Shown here one piece after another: positions 29,198-37,283 of a DNA stretch of 64,000 bases. This DNA comes from an uncultured Alphaproteobacteria bacterium (GTDB lineage Bacteria; Pseudomonadota; Alphaproteobacteria; RF32; CAG-239), in the NCBI GenBank assembly GCA_910584385.1, contig CAJUAK010000006.1, positions 41,546-105,545 of the forward strand, written 5' to 3'. The position numbers and the translations under genes are program-made. Below the pieces are notes generated by a model. That model saw nothing but the letters and a program-made list of their open reading frames with translations. It was not told the DNA's origin and searched no databases. The stretch's first letter is position 1; every line of letters begins with the position of its first letter.

Positions 29198-30433
29198 ATG
29201 TCCAGAACATTTATTTTGCTTACTGCAGCTTCGCTGCTTCTTAATCTTCCGGCAACAGAAGCTTTGGCGCAAATGACGCCCCTGCCCCAACACAACACCA
29301 AAAGCGCGCAAGAAAGGTCAAATGCCAACAGAATCAGGCGCAACCACAGTTTTACGAATTTTGGGCAGGCTTATACGGATTTTAAAAACATGCTTAATAA
29401 GGAATACGGCATTGACTATTCCGTGGATGTGTCTTTCATGCCCCAATGGGGCGCTCCGAACGGGAAGCATAACGCAAATCAGACGATTATCTATCCTTCT
29501 TTGACCTGGACAGCCTTTAGCAATGAATATGGAACAGGGACATTAAACGCTGCTTATAATATTACGACTTACGGCAATTTTAACGGCAACCAGTTAGGCA
29601 GCAACATCAATACGGCAACCGGCATTAATGATTATGGTTCAAGCTCGAATTCTTTTGACGAATTATATTTTTCTTATCAGCTTGGCGGCAGTTGGAATTG
29701 GCTGACAATAGCAATCGGGCAGTTTCCCCTTTATAATTTTGACGGTTCCGCTTACGATGCCAACCAGCAGGAAAATTTTATCAACTACGCCCTTTCACAA
29801 AATGCTTCCTCTACTTATCCTACTGCCGGGCTCGGCACTTATGTCCAGATTACGCCGAATTCTGAATGGAGCTTTGCCATCGGTGCACAGGATGCGACGA
29901 ATATTTCCGCCAAAGGGATTAACACCGGGCATTTAGATGAAAAACACTATACGACATTCGGATATGCGGCTTATACACCGACGATTTCCGGATTAGGCGC
30001 CGGGCAATACAGCATTTTGGTTTATAATCAGCCGGCTGTTGAAGCCCAACCCGAAACGACAAACGGTTGGTCATTAAACCTCAGCCAGAATATTGGCGAA
30101 AAATGGAATATTTTTGCCCGAATTAACGGCGTGAGCGGAAATACGGCAGAAATCAGCCAGTCTTATGTTTTGGGCACCGCTTATAATAACCCCTTGGATA
30201 GGAATCCGTTAGATCAAATCGGGTTTGCCGCGGCTTATAATAAGATTGACGAAACCGCTGTCGGAGAACCTTTAAACCACAGCCATGAAACTGTCTTAGA
30301 GGCCTATTGGGCATGGGGCATTTCAAAATGGATGACAATTACGCCGGATATTCAGCTTTATCTTAACCCGGCACTCTCGCCAAAATCTGATACGGCAACA
30401 GTTATGTCGCTTCGTGCAACATTATTCTTCTAA
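29198..30433 (+). CDS. OprB-family carbohydrate-selective outer-membrane porin
   Basis: 411 aa with a signal peptide (LPATEALAQ), an N/G/Y/S/T-rich beta-barrel composition, the C-terminal family motif ITPDIQLYLNPA and a terminal Phe. Confidence 0.7.
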   Translation: MSRTFILLTAASLLLNLPATEALAQMTPLPQHNTKSAQERSNANRIRRNHSFTNFGQAYTDFKNMLNKEYGIDYSVDVSFMPQWGAPNGKHNANQTIIYPSLTWTAFSNEYGTGTLNAAYNITTYGNFNGNQLGSNINTATGINDYGSSSNSFDELYFSYQLGGSWNWLTIAIGQFPLYNFDGSAYDANQQENFINYALSQNASSTYPTAGLGTYVQITPNSEWSFAIGAQDATNISAKGINTGHLDEKHYTTFGYAAYTPTISGLGAGQYSILVYNQPAVEAQPETTNGWSLNLSQNIGEKWNIFARINGVSGNTAEISQSYVLGTAYNNPLDRNPLDQIGFAAAYNKIDETAVGEPLNHSHETVLEAYWAWGISKWMTITPDIQLYLNPALSPKSDTATVMSLRATLFF

Positions 30434-30467
30434 AAAAAATCCGGAACAAAAGTTCCGGATTTTTTTA
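30432..30467. terminator. bidirectional terminator
   Basis: TCCGGAAC-AAAA-GTTCCGGA hairpin flanked by an A8 and a T7 run. Confidence 0.7.
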
Positions 30468-31688
30468 TCCCATATCTTTGCCTGACATTTTTTTATTAAA
30501 GGCGAGCAAACTCCTCACCCGCTGTTTTGTCGGCGTATCTGCGGCTGCCATTTCGCGCCCTATATCCTTTTTTATCACATGCTCAAAAAGCTTGTCCATA
30601 TCTTCTTTTTCTTTTTTGCCTTTTTCCGCATCAACCATTGCAATGACCGGAACTTGGTTTATCTCATCAAGTTTGTTCAGCCTTTTAACAGCTTCGTTGA
30701 AAATATCCATTCCTTCGCCCATTGTGCTGTACATATAGCGGATAATATCTTCTTTGGCGATGCCTTCTGTTTCCATCTGCTGCATTTTGGCAACCAGGCG
30801 GTCCTTATACATCTCGTTTAATTTTACAATTTTTGCATGGCGTCCCCATTTTTTCAAATGGCCGTTGTAATAAGACACATTCTTTTTAACCGCAGGGTTG
30901 TTATTGGCTGAATAGAGATGGTTGCCATTTGCATCACGCCCTACATACATAATCGTGTGATATTTCATTTTGTTTCGCGGAACTAAAATAAAATCGCCGG
31001 GCTGAATGTTGTTTTCCTCGATCGCGCGTTCAAGGGCGTCGGTTCCCGGCGCTACAGATACGGTATATTTCCGAACCTCTTTATCCTCAAGAAAAGCATT
31101 TCCGTAAGTTGCGCCTTTTTTAGGAACAATTTCCGTTCCATCATCTTCTAACGCGGCAAATGCCGTAAACACCGAATAAGAACAGGTTGCAATACAGCTT
31201 GGGGCAAACTTGCTTTGGCCGGTTACTTCCTTAAATATGTGCCGGACCAAATTTGTTTTTTGCCGCGGATTTGTCTTCCAAACCTTCGCAGAACGTTCGG
31301 CTTGAACATTCATTGTATCGACAACGGCCTTGAAAACAAATGCCGTTCTGTCCCAAGCTACATCTTCGAATGTCGTCTCATTAATTGCATTGCAGATTTG
31401 CATATAGCTAAACTTAGGCGCCATAAGGTTGGCATAACTGTCTCTACAGCTCTCCAGCTTTGCCCTTAAAGGGCTGTCCTTTTGCGCCCAAGCCGGTACT
31501 GATGACGCGCTTACCAATAAAGCAGACAAGACAACTTTTTTTACGATTTTTTCTACGAGTTCCGGTTTGATTTTTTCTTTTGCCTTAGCGGCGGGACTTT
31601 TTTCCTTGGGTTTGCGTGCAATGCGTTTTTTTTCATTGTCCGTTTTTTTGTCTTCTTTATCTTCGCTGACCTTTTCCCATGTCTTCAT
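30465..31688 (-). CDS. membrane-anchored NlpC/P60-like cysteine peptidase with a Lys-rich N-terminal cytoplasmic tail
   Basis: Likely start is the ATG at 31686-88, preceded by the RBS AGAGGAGGG (the ORF extends to 31736). A K-rich ~45-aa tail is followed by one TM helix and a periplasmic domain with the Cys motif TCSYSV and the His motif GDFILVPRNKMKYHTIMYVGRDANGNH. Confidence 0.5.
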   Translation of the reverse strand: MKTWEKVSEDKEDKKTDNEKKRIARKPKEKSPAAKAKEKIKPELVEKIVKKVVLSALLVSASSVPAWAQKDSPLRAKLESCRDSYANLMAPKFSYMQICNAINETTFEDVAWDRTAFVFKAVVDTMNVQAERSAKVWKTNPRQKTNLVRHIFKEVTGQSKFAPSCIATCSYSVFTAFAALEDDGTEIVPKKGATYGNAFLEDKEVRKYTVSVAPGTDALERAIEENNIQPGDFILVPRNKMKYHTIMYVGRDANGNHLYSANNNPAVKKNVSYYNGHLKKWGRHAKIVKLNEMYKDRLVAKMQQMETEGIAKEDIIRYMYSTMGEGMDIFNEAVKRLNKLDEINQVPVIAMVDAEKGKKEKEDMDKLFEHVIKKDIGREMAAADTPTKQRVRSLLAFNKKMSGKDMG

Positions 31689-31820
31689 AAGTGCCCTCCT
31701 CTCTTTAATTTTCGTTTGTTTATAGTATAGCGCCATTTTCTGAAATTTCCACTATTTTTTTTATTTTTTTAGTCTTTACATTTTCTTTTTTTTGAGGATT
31801 AATATTCCTAGTCAAACTTA

Positions 31821-32366
31821 TTGAATAAAATGGATATTATGAAAAAAATTTTGAAAAACATTACGGCTTGCTGTTCGCTTTTTCTTTTGGCCGCTTGCCA
31901 TCCTCAGACACCACCCCAGACAGAGCCTTTGCCGCAAGTCAACCCTATTCCCTCGCATGCATTAGGAATTATCGGACAGGTTGAGCCTGTTTACTTTCTG
32001 CCAATGAAATCGCCTTTTCCTTCGCGCATTGACACCGGGGCTGAAACATCTTCGTTAGATGCCTACAACATTCGCACTTTTGAAAGAGACGGCGAAAAAT
32101 GGGTGTCTTTTGCGATGAAAAACCGCGAAACAGGCGAAGTGCACAAATTTGAAAAAGAACTCGTCCGCAAAACAACGATTAAACGTTCCCACAAAGATGA
32201 GAAAAGAAAAGTCGTTTTAATGAACATTAAAATCGGCGGTCAGACTTTGAATGCCGAGTTTACTTTGGCCAACCGCAGCGATTTTGAATATCAGGGCCTG
32301 ATTGGGCGCAATATTTTAACGGGGCGCGCCATCGTTGATACCGCCCTGACCAATACCCTCCATTAA
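31821..32366 (+). CDS. retropepsin-like aspartyl protease (RimK-associated 'ATP-dependent zinc protease' family, DUF785-like)
   Basis: 181 aa with a lipoprotein-like signal (LLAAC) and the aspartyl protease motif RIDTGAETSSLDA. Confidence 0.75.
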   Translation: MNKMDIMKKILKNITACCSLFLLAACHPQTPPQTEPLPQVNPIPSHALGIIGQVEPVYFLPMKSPFPSRIDTGAETSSLDAYNIRTFERDGEKWVSFAMKNRETGEVHKFEKELVRKTTIKRSHKDEKRKVVLMNIKIGGQTLNAEFTLANRSDFEYQGLIGRNILTGRAIVDTALTNTLH

Positions 32367-32381
32367 TCTCGGAGATTTAAC

Positions 32382-33923
32382 ATGCTAAAAAAATTGTTTT
32401 CCGTTCGCAAAATTTTGTCTTACGGCCTTATATTGTCAACCATTTATGCCTGTTACGGCATTTATGTAAAAGTCCACTACTGGGGATTTAATTTTGCGCC
32501 TAAACAAAACGCAAATGTCTGGACAATCGAGGCTCATATAAATTTTGAACCCAACGGCGAGCCTATTAAGGTGTCTCTTGCAACCCCTTCTACCGCAAAA
32601 GAATTTAAAGTTTTGGAAGAGGATGTCATCGCCCCAGACTATAAAGTAAAAAAAATCACGCAAGACGGGGTTAAGCGCTATCTTTTGACCAGCCCTGCGC
32701 AAAAAGAACTGCAAAACATCTATTACAGGGTTTTGCTTTTTGACAATATCAACGGCAAAGGCAAAGAAACGGCTCCTCAGCCCAAAGCTCCCGAAAAGCC
32801 TTATATGGACGAACAAATGGCTGCCGTTGCCCAGGAATTGCTGGAGCTCGCCAAACCTTTGGAAGGCGATTATCCGCAAAAGCTTATCCGCCTGTTTAAC
32901 CAAAATCCGCCGAATCCGACTGTTGTGAGTTTTCTGCCGCTTAAAAAAAGCCAAAAGGATACTGTTGAAGCTATTCGCAACCTGTTGGCCTTAAAAAATA
33001 TTCCAACCCGCACGGCAAGAGGAATAAAGCTGGCAGAAAGCAAAAAAGCATTTTCTCCCGACTTAATGCTGGAAGCCTATATCGACAAACGCTGGAAGCT
33101 TTATAACATCCAAACGGCGCAAATCGGGCTGCCGGAAGATTTTGTTATTTTTCAACGGGGCGGAGAATCGCTTATGGATGTTGAAGGCGGAGAAAATTCA
33201 AGCGTTCAGTTTTCAGTATTAAAATCTATCCATTCTTCTTTTAACTTAGCCGGAAAAAGGGCAGAACTTGCCAAACAAAAAAGCAGCTTTGAATATTCTA
33301 TTTATAATCTGCCGCTTAAAGAACAAAACACGATTAAATGGCTGTCTATTTTTCCGCTTGCCATTTTAGTCATCGTTTTAATGCGCAATGTTGTCGGCAT
33401 TCAAACCATGGGGACATTTACGCCGATGCTGCTTTCCATGTCTTTGGTCAAAACGGGATTTTGGCAGGGGCTGCTGTGTTTTGCCGTTATTGTCGGCCTC
33501 GGGCTTATTATCCGCACCCTGCTTTCCCGGTTAAACCTCCTGCTCGTCCCGAGGATTTCCGCCGTTGTTATCTTTGTTATCCTGATTATGGAAAGCTTAA
33601 CCGTGTTTGGATATAAGATGGATTGGGACATCGCCTTATCTGCGGTATTTTTCCCGATTATCATCATGGCGTGGATTATAGAGCGCGCTTCCATCACCTG
33701 GGAAGAGGACGGTCCGGTCAATGCCGGCAAGGAGGTTCTGTGGAGCCTTGTTGTTGCCATTATTACTTATTTTGTAATCTGCAATGAATATATCCGCCAT
33801 ATTATGTTTGCTTTTAACGAATTAAACCTTGTCATCTTGTTTATCGTTATGCTTCTTGGCACTTATACCGGTTACAGATTAACAGAGTTGCGGCGCTTCG
33901 CCCCTTTGGTCAAAGGAAAATAA
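32382..33923 (+). CDS. inactive transglutaminase-like domain fused to a C-terminal 7TM module
   Basis: 513 aa with one N-terminal TM helix, a ~300-aa extracytoplasmic domain and ~7 C-terminal TM helices. This is the architecture repeatedly linked with RimK-like ligases. Confidence 0.65.
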   Translation: MLKKLFSVRKILSYGLILSTIYACYGIYVKVHYWGFNFAPKQNANVWTIEAHINFEPNGEPIKVSLATPSTAKEFKVLEEDVIAPDYKVKKITQDGVKRYLLTSPAQKELQNIYYRVLLFDNINGKGKETAPQPKAPEKPYMDEQMAAVAQELLELAKPLEGDYPQKLIRLFNQNPPNPTVVSFLPLKKSQKDTVEAIRNLLALKNIPTRTARGIKLAESKKAFSPDLMLEAYIDKRWKLYNIQTAQIGLPEDFVIFQRGGESLMDVEGGENSSVQFSVLKSIHSSFNLAGKRAELAKQKSSFEYSIYNLPLKEQNTIKWLSIFPLAILVIVLMRNVVGIQTMGTFTPMLLSMSLVKTGFWQGLLCFAVIVGLGLIIRTLLSRLNLLLVPRISAVVIFVILIMESLTVFGYKMDWDIALSAVFFPIIIMAWIIERASITWEEDGPVNAGKEVLWSLVVAIITYFVICNEYIRHIMFAFNELNLVILFIVMLLGTYTGYRLTELRRFAPLVKGK

Positions 33924-33924
33924 C

Positions 33925-34881
33925 ATGCTGATTTCCTGGTTAAAATCATTTACCTGTCCGTCTAAGCTTCAGGAAAAAGGCATTTTAGGCATGAATGCCA
34001 GAAATTATAAAGTAATTTCCAAATGCAACAAACGCTGCCTTTACCCTCTGGTTGACAATAAAGTGCAAACAAAGCTTTTGGCTCAAAAAGCAGGCATTAA
34101 CACGCCGAATATGATTGGCGTCATTGAATATCAGTGGCAGGTAAAAGACTTTACAAAACTGGTCGAAAACAAATCAGAATTTGTTATAAAACCGGCTCAC
34201 GGAAGCGGCGGCAAAGGCGTGTTGGTTATTAAAGAACATAAAGGCGAAGATTTTATCGGGCCTTCCGGCAAGAAGTTTTCTTATAACGAAGTCTACCAGC
34301 ATATTTCCAATATTTTAAGCGGGCTTTACAGTCTGGGCGGAAAATATGATGTTGCGCTGATTGAAGATATGGTTCATTTTAGCGATGTTTTTCAAAATTT
34401 CAGCTATCAGGGCGTGCCTGATGTCCGGGTTATCGTTTATAAAGGCTATCCGGTTATGTCAATGATGCGCCTTTCAACAGCGGCTTCCGGCGGGCGGGCC
34501 AATTTGCACCAAGGCGCCGTTGGCGTGGGAATCGACATTCATACCGGCAAAGCGCTTAATGCCGTGCAATATAACCGTCCGCTTTATCATCATCCCGATA
34601 CCGGCGCAGACCTTAGCACGATTCAAGTTCCTTTTTGGCGGGAGCATCTGTTGCTGGCTACAAAAGGTTTTGAAATGACCGGACTTGGCTATATGGGTGC
34701 GGATATCGTCCTTGATAAAGAAAGAGGGCCTATGATGCTTGAACTTAATGCCCGCCCCGGCTTGGCAATTCAAATCGCAAACGGTTCGGGGTTAGTCTCA
34801 AAACTTAAGCAAGTGGATAAATGCTATCCTAAAAATTATACGGCAGAAGAACGGGTCGATTTTATTTTAAATCAACAATAA
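33925..34881 (+). CDS. alpha-L-glutamate ligase-like ATP-grasp enzyme (RimK-related)
   Basis: 318 aa with the ATP-grasp motifs FVIKPAHGSGGKGV and MLELNARPG. Separated from the upstream gene by 1 nt. Confidence 0.8.
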   Translation: MLISWLKSFTCPSKLQEKGILGMNARNYKVISKCNKRCLYPLVDNKVQTKLLAQKAGINTPNMIGVIEYQWQVKDFTKLVENKSEFVIKPAHGSGGKGVLVIKEHKGEDFIGPSGKKFSYNEVYQHISNILSGLYSLGGKYDVALIEDMVHFSDVFQNFSYQGVPDVRVIVYKGYPVMSMMRLSTAASGGRANLHQGAVGVGIDIHTGKALNAVQYNRPLYHHPDTGADLSTIQVPFWREHLLLATKGFEMTGLGYMGADIVLDKERGPMMLELNARPGLAIQIANGSGLVSKLKQVDKCYPKNYTAEERVDFILNQQ

Positions 34882-34945
34882 TCTGGCAATGGCTTTTAAA
34901 AGTAACTATATCTAAAGCAGTTGTAATTCTTAAAGGAAAAATAAA

Positions 34946-35560
34946 ATGGCTGAAGTCAAAAAACTTATCAAATCATCAGAAACAAAAAAAATAAAATCAA
35001 GCGATACAAAGGGCTTAAAAGGCTCTGAAACAAAAAAGCTGACCATGAGCGAAACCCGGGCAAAAAAAATTAAACACGCCTATCCGGCAAAAGATGCAGA
35101 AAATACGCTGCTGCTCAAATTAAAAGACGGCGATGTTGTTATTGAAATGTATCCGGAAGATGCGCCTAACCATGTTGCCCGAATTAAAGAACTGGTTCGC
35201 AGCGGTTTTTATAACGGGCTAAAATTTCATCGCGTTATTGACGGATTTATGGCGCAGACCGGCTGCCCTCTTGGAAACGGCACCGGCGGCAGCGGCAAAA
35301 AGCTCAAGGCAGAGTTTAACCGCCGCCCGCACAAACGCGGCACGGTTTCGATGGCGCGTGCTATGGATGTTGATTCTGCAGACAGCCAATTCTTTATTTG
35401 CTTTGCCGATTGCGATTGGCTCAACGGGCAATATACGGTTTGGGGCGAAGTTACTTCCGGCATGGAACATGTGGATGCTATCAAACGCGGCACCGGCATG
35501 AATGGTTCCGTCTCCCAGCCAGATGAAATCATCAGCCTCAGCGTTTTGGCCGATATGTAA
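34946..35560 (+). CDS. cyclophilin-type peptidyl-prolyl cis-trans isomerase with an N-terminal Lys-rich repeat extension
   Basis: 204 aa with the cyclophilin core (FHRVIDGFMAQTGCP, SMARAMDVDSADSQFFI). The N-terminal ~40 aa carry KSSETKK-like repeats. Confidence 0.85.
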   Translation: MAEVKKLIKSSETKKIKSSDTKGLKGSETKKLTMSETRAKKIKHAYPAKDAENTLLLKLKDGDVVIEMYPEDAPNHVARIKELVRSGFYNGLKFHRVIDGFMAQTGCPLGNGTGGSGKKLKAEFNRRPHKRGTVSMARAMDVDSADSQFFICFADCDWLNGQYTVWGEVTSGMEHVDAIKRGTGMNGSVSQPDEIISLSVLADM

Positions 35561-35563
35561 CTC

Positions 35564-35709
35564 ATAGATATCCCCCTGTAAACAGGGGGTTCTATAGTAG
35601 CTACAAACCTAACGGTTTGATTACGCGCGTTGGCGTGGAGCAGTGTTGTTCCAACACCTTGGCATTCAGCCCCGAATAAACTCGGGGTTTTCTGTAAGGC
35701 ATTAATAAA
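35564..35709 (+). ncRNA. 146-bp structured repeat element, copy A (candidate multicopy sRNA or MITE)
   Basis: About 93% identical to 61345-61490. It contains four hairpins (CCCCCTG/CAGGGGG, ACGC../GCGT, GTGTTG/CAACAC, CCCCGA/TCGGGG), the last followed by TTTTCTG, which is terminator-like. Confidence 0.6.
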
Positions 35710-35720
35710 GCTTTGCATAC

Positions 35721-35755
35721 AAAAACAGCCGGATTTTTAATCCGGCTGTTTTCTT
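35721..35755. terminator. bidirectional terminator
   Basis: CAGCCGGAT-TTTTA-ATCCGGCTG hairpin flanked by A and T runs, between ppiase (+) and fabZ (-). Confidence 0.65.
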
Positions 35756-35768
35756 TGCGTTAAAGCCT

Positions 35769-36218
35769 TTAATCGGCAATCATTGCCGTAAATTCAGCTT
35801 CGCTGACAACCTGTCCGTCCACTCTTGTTTCCCCTTTGAAAACAAAAACATTGCGGCGGGCTTTAATTTTTTCGACATGCATTCTTAATTGATCGCCGGG
35901 TTTTACAGGCTTGCGGAACTTTACGCCGTCAATTGACATAAAGTAAACGCCCTTTTTGTTATCTTTATAGTTTTCGAAAGAAGAAATAACCAAAGCGCCA
36001 GCCGTTTGCGCCATTGCTTCAATCTGCAAAACGCCCGGCATAACTGGATTTCCCGGAAAATGCCCTTGAAAAAATTCTTCATTCATGGTTACATTTTTCA
36101 AGCCTGTCCCTTTTTCTCCGGGAACTTCAACTTCCAGCCTGTCCACCAGCAAAAACGGGTAGCGGTGCGGAAGCATATCCATGATTTCTTCAATATGGTA
36201 AATTTTGTTTTCAGACAT
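35769..36218 (-). CDS. fabZ: 3-hydroxyacyl-ACP dehydratase
   Basis: 149 aa with the hotdog-fold motifs HFPGNPVMPGVLQIEAMAQ. Confidence 0.9.
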   Translation of the reverse strand: MSENKIYHIEEIMDMLPHRYPFLLVDRLEVEVPGEKGTGLKNVTMNEEFFQGHFPGNPVMPGVLQIEAMAQTAGALVISSFENYKDNKKGVYFMSIDGVKFRKPVKPGDQLRMHVEKIKARRNVFVFKGETRVDGQVVSEAEFTAMIAD

Positions 36219-36236
36219 ATCTTTTCCTCTTATCTG

Positions 36237-37283
36237 TTATTTTTTAGGATTGGCATTCTTTTGAATAAAAGAGACTTGCCTCATAAAATCTTTAATCGGA
36301 ACAGCCGGCGTTCCCATAACGATTGCTCCGGGTTCAACATCCCGCATCAATCCTGACTGGGCACCGATTTGCGCGCCGCTGCCAATATTTAAATGGTCGG
36401 CAAAACCTGTTTGCCCGCCGCAAACGACATAATCGCCAAAAGTACAGCTTCCGGCAATGCCTGTTTGGGAAACGACAACGCATCCTCTGCCCAATTTATC
36501 GTTATGGGCAATTTGAACCAGATTATCAATACGGCAGCCATCGCCAATTACCGTATTATCCAATGCGCCGCGATCCACGCAGGTATTGGCGCCGATTTCA
36601 ACATCATTGCCAATAATTACCAAACCGACCTGCGGAATGCGCTGGTGGCGCCCGTCAATCATCATAAAGCCAAAGCCGTCGTAGCCGATGCGCGCCCCGG
36701 TGTAAATATAACAATTGCTGCCCATGCGGCAATGGGACACCGAAGCCCCTACGCCAATCCGGCAATTGCTGCCGATTTCGCATCCGCGTTCAATAACAGC
36801 ATTATGCTCAATGATGCAATTATCGCCAATAACGACATTATCAGCAATAACCACGTTCTCACCAATATAACAGTTATTGCCGATTTTCGCAGAAGATGAA
36901 ATTTTAGCGCTGGCGGCAATTGACTTTTCCGCTTGGGGTTCATCATAAAAGGCCTGGTTTAATTTTAAGAAACCCAGCTTAGGGTTCGCACAAATCAAAA
37001 TGGAAACGCCCTTGCCCACAAAAGGCGCCAGCTCGGCAGTCGTTACACAAGCCGTTGCCTTAATTCCGGAAGCCTTATCTTTTGACTTTTTGTCATAGAA
37101 AAAGCAAATTTCCTTCTCACCAGCCTTTTCCATAGAGGCAATATTAAATATCCGGGCAGATTTATCAGCACCGGCCGTAATTTCTGCGCCGATAATTTCT
37201 GCAATATCGCCCAGGCTAAACGGCCCCTTGTTGATATAAAAAGCTGTGTCAACCATTGGCCTCTCCTTATAATCTGGTACCAA
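36237..37283 (-). CDS. lpxD: UDP-3-O-acylglucosamine N-acyltransferase
   Basis: 348 aa with a hexapeptide-repeat beta-helix and an LpxD N-terminal domain. Confidence 0.9.
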   Translation of the reverse strand: MVPDYKERPMVDTAFYINKGPFSLGDIAEIIGAEITAGADKSARIFNIASMEKAGEKEICFFYDKKSKDKASGIKATACVTTAELAPFVGKGVSILICANPKLGFLKLNQAFYDEPQAEKSIAASAKISSSAKIGNNCYIGENVVIADNVVIGDNCIIEHNAVIERGCEIGSNCRIGVGASVSHCRMGSNCYIYTGARIGYDGFGFMMIDGRHQRIPQVGLVIIGNDVEIGANTCVDRGALDNTVIGDGCRIDNLVQIAHNDKLGRGCVVVSQTGIAGSCTFGDYVVCGGQTGFADHLNIGSGAQIGAQSGLMRDVEPGAIVMGTPAVPIKDFMRQVSFIQKNANPKK

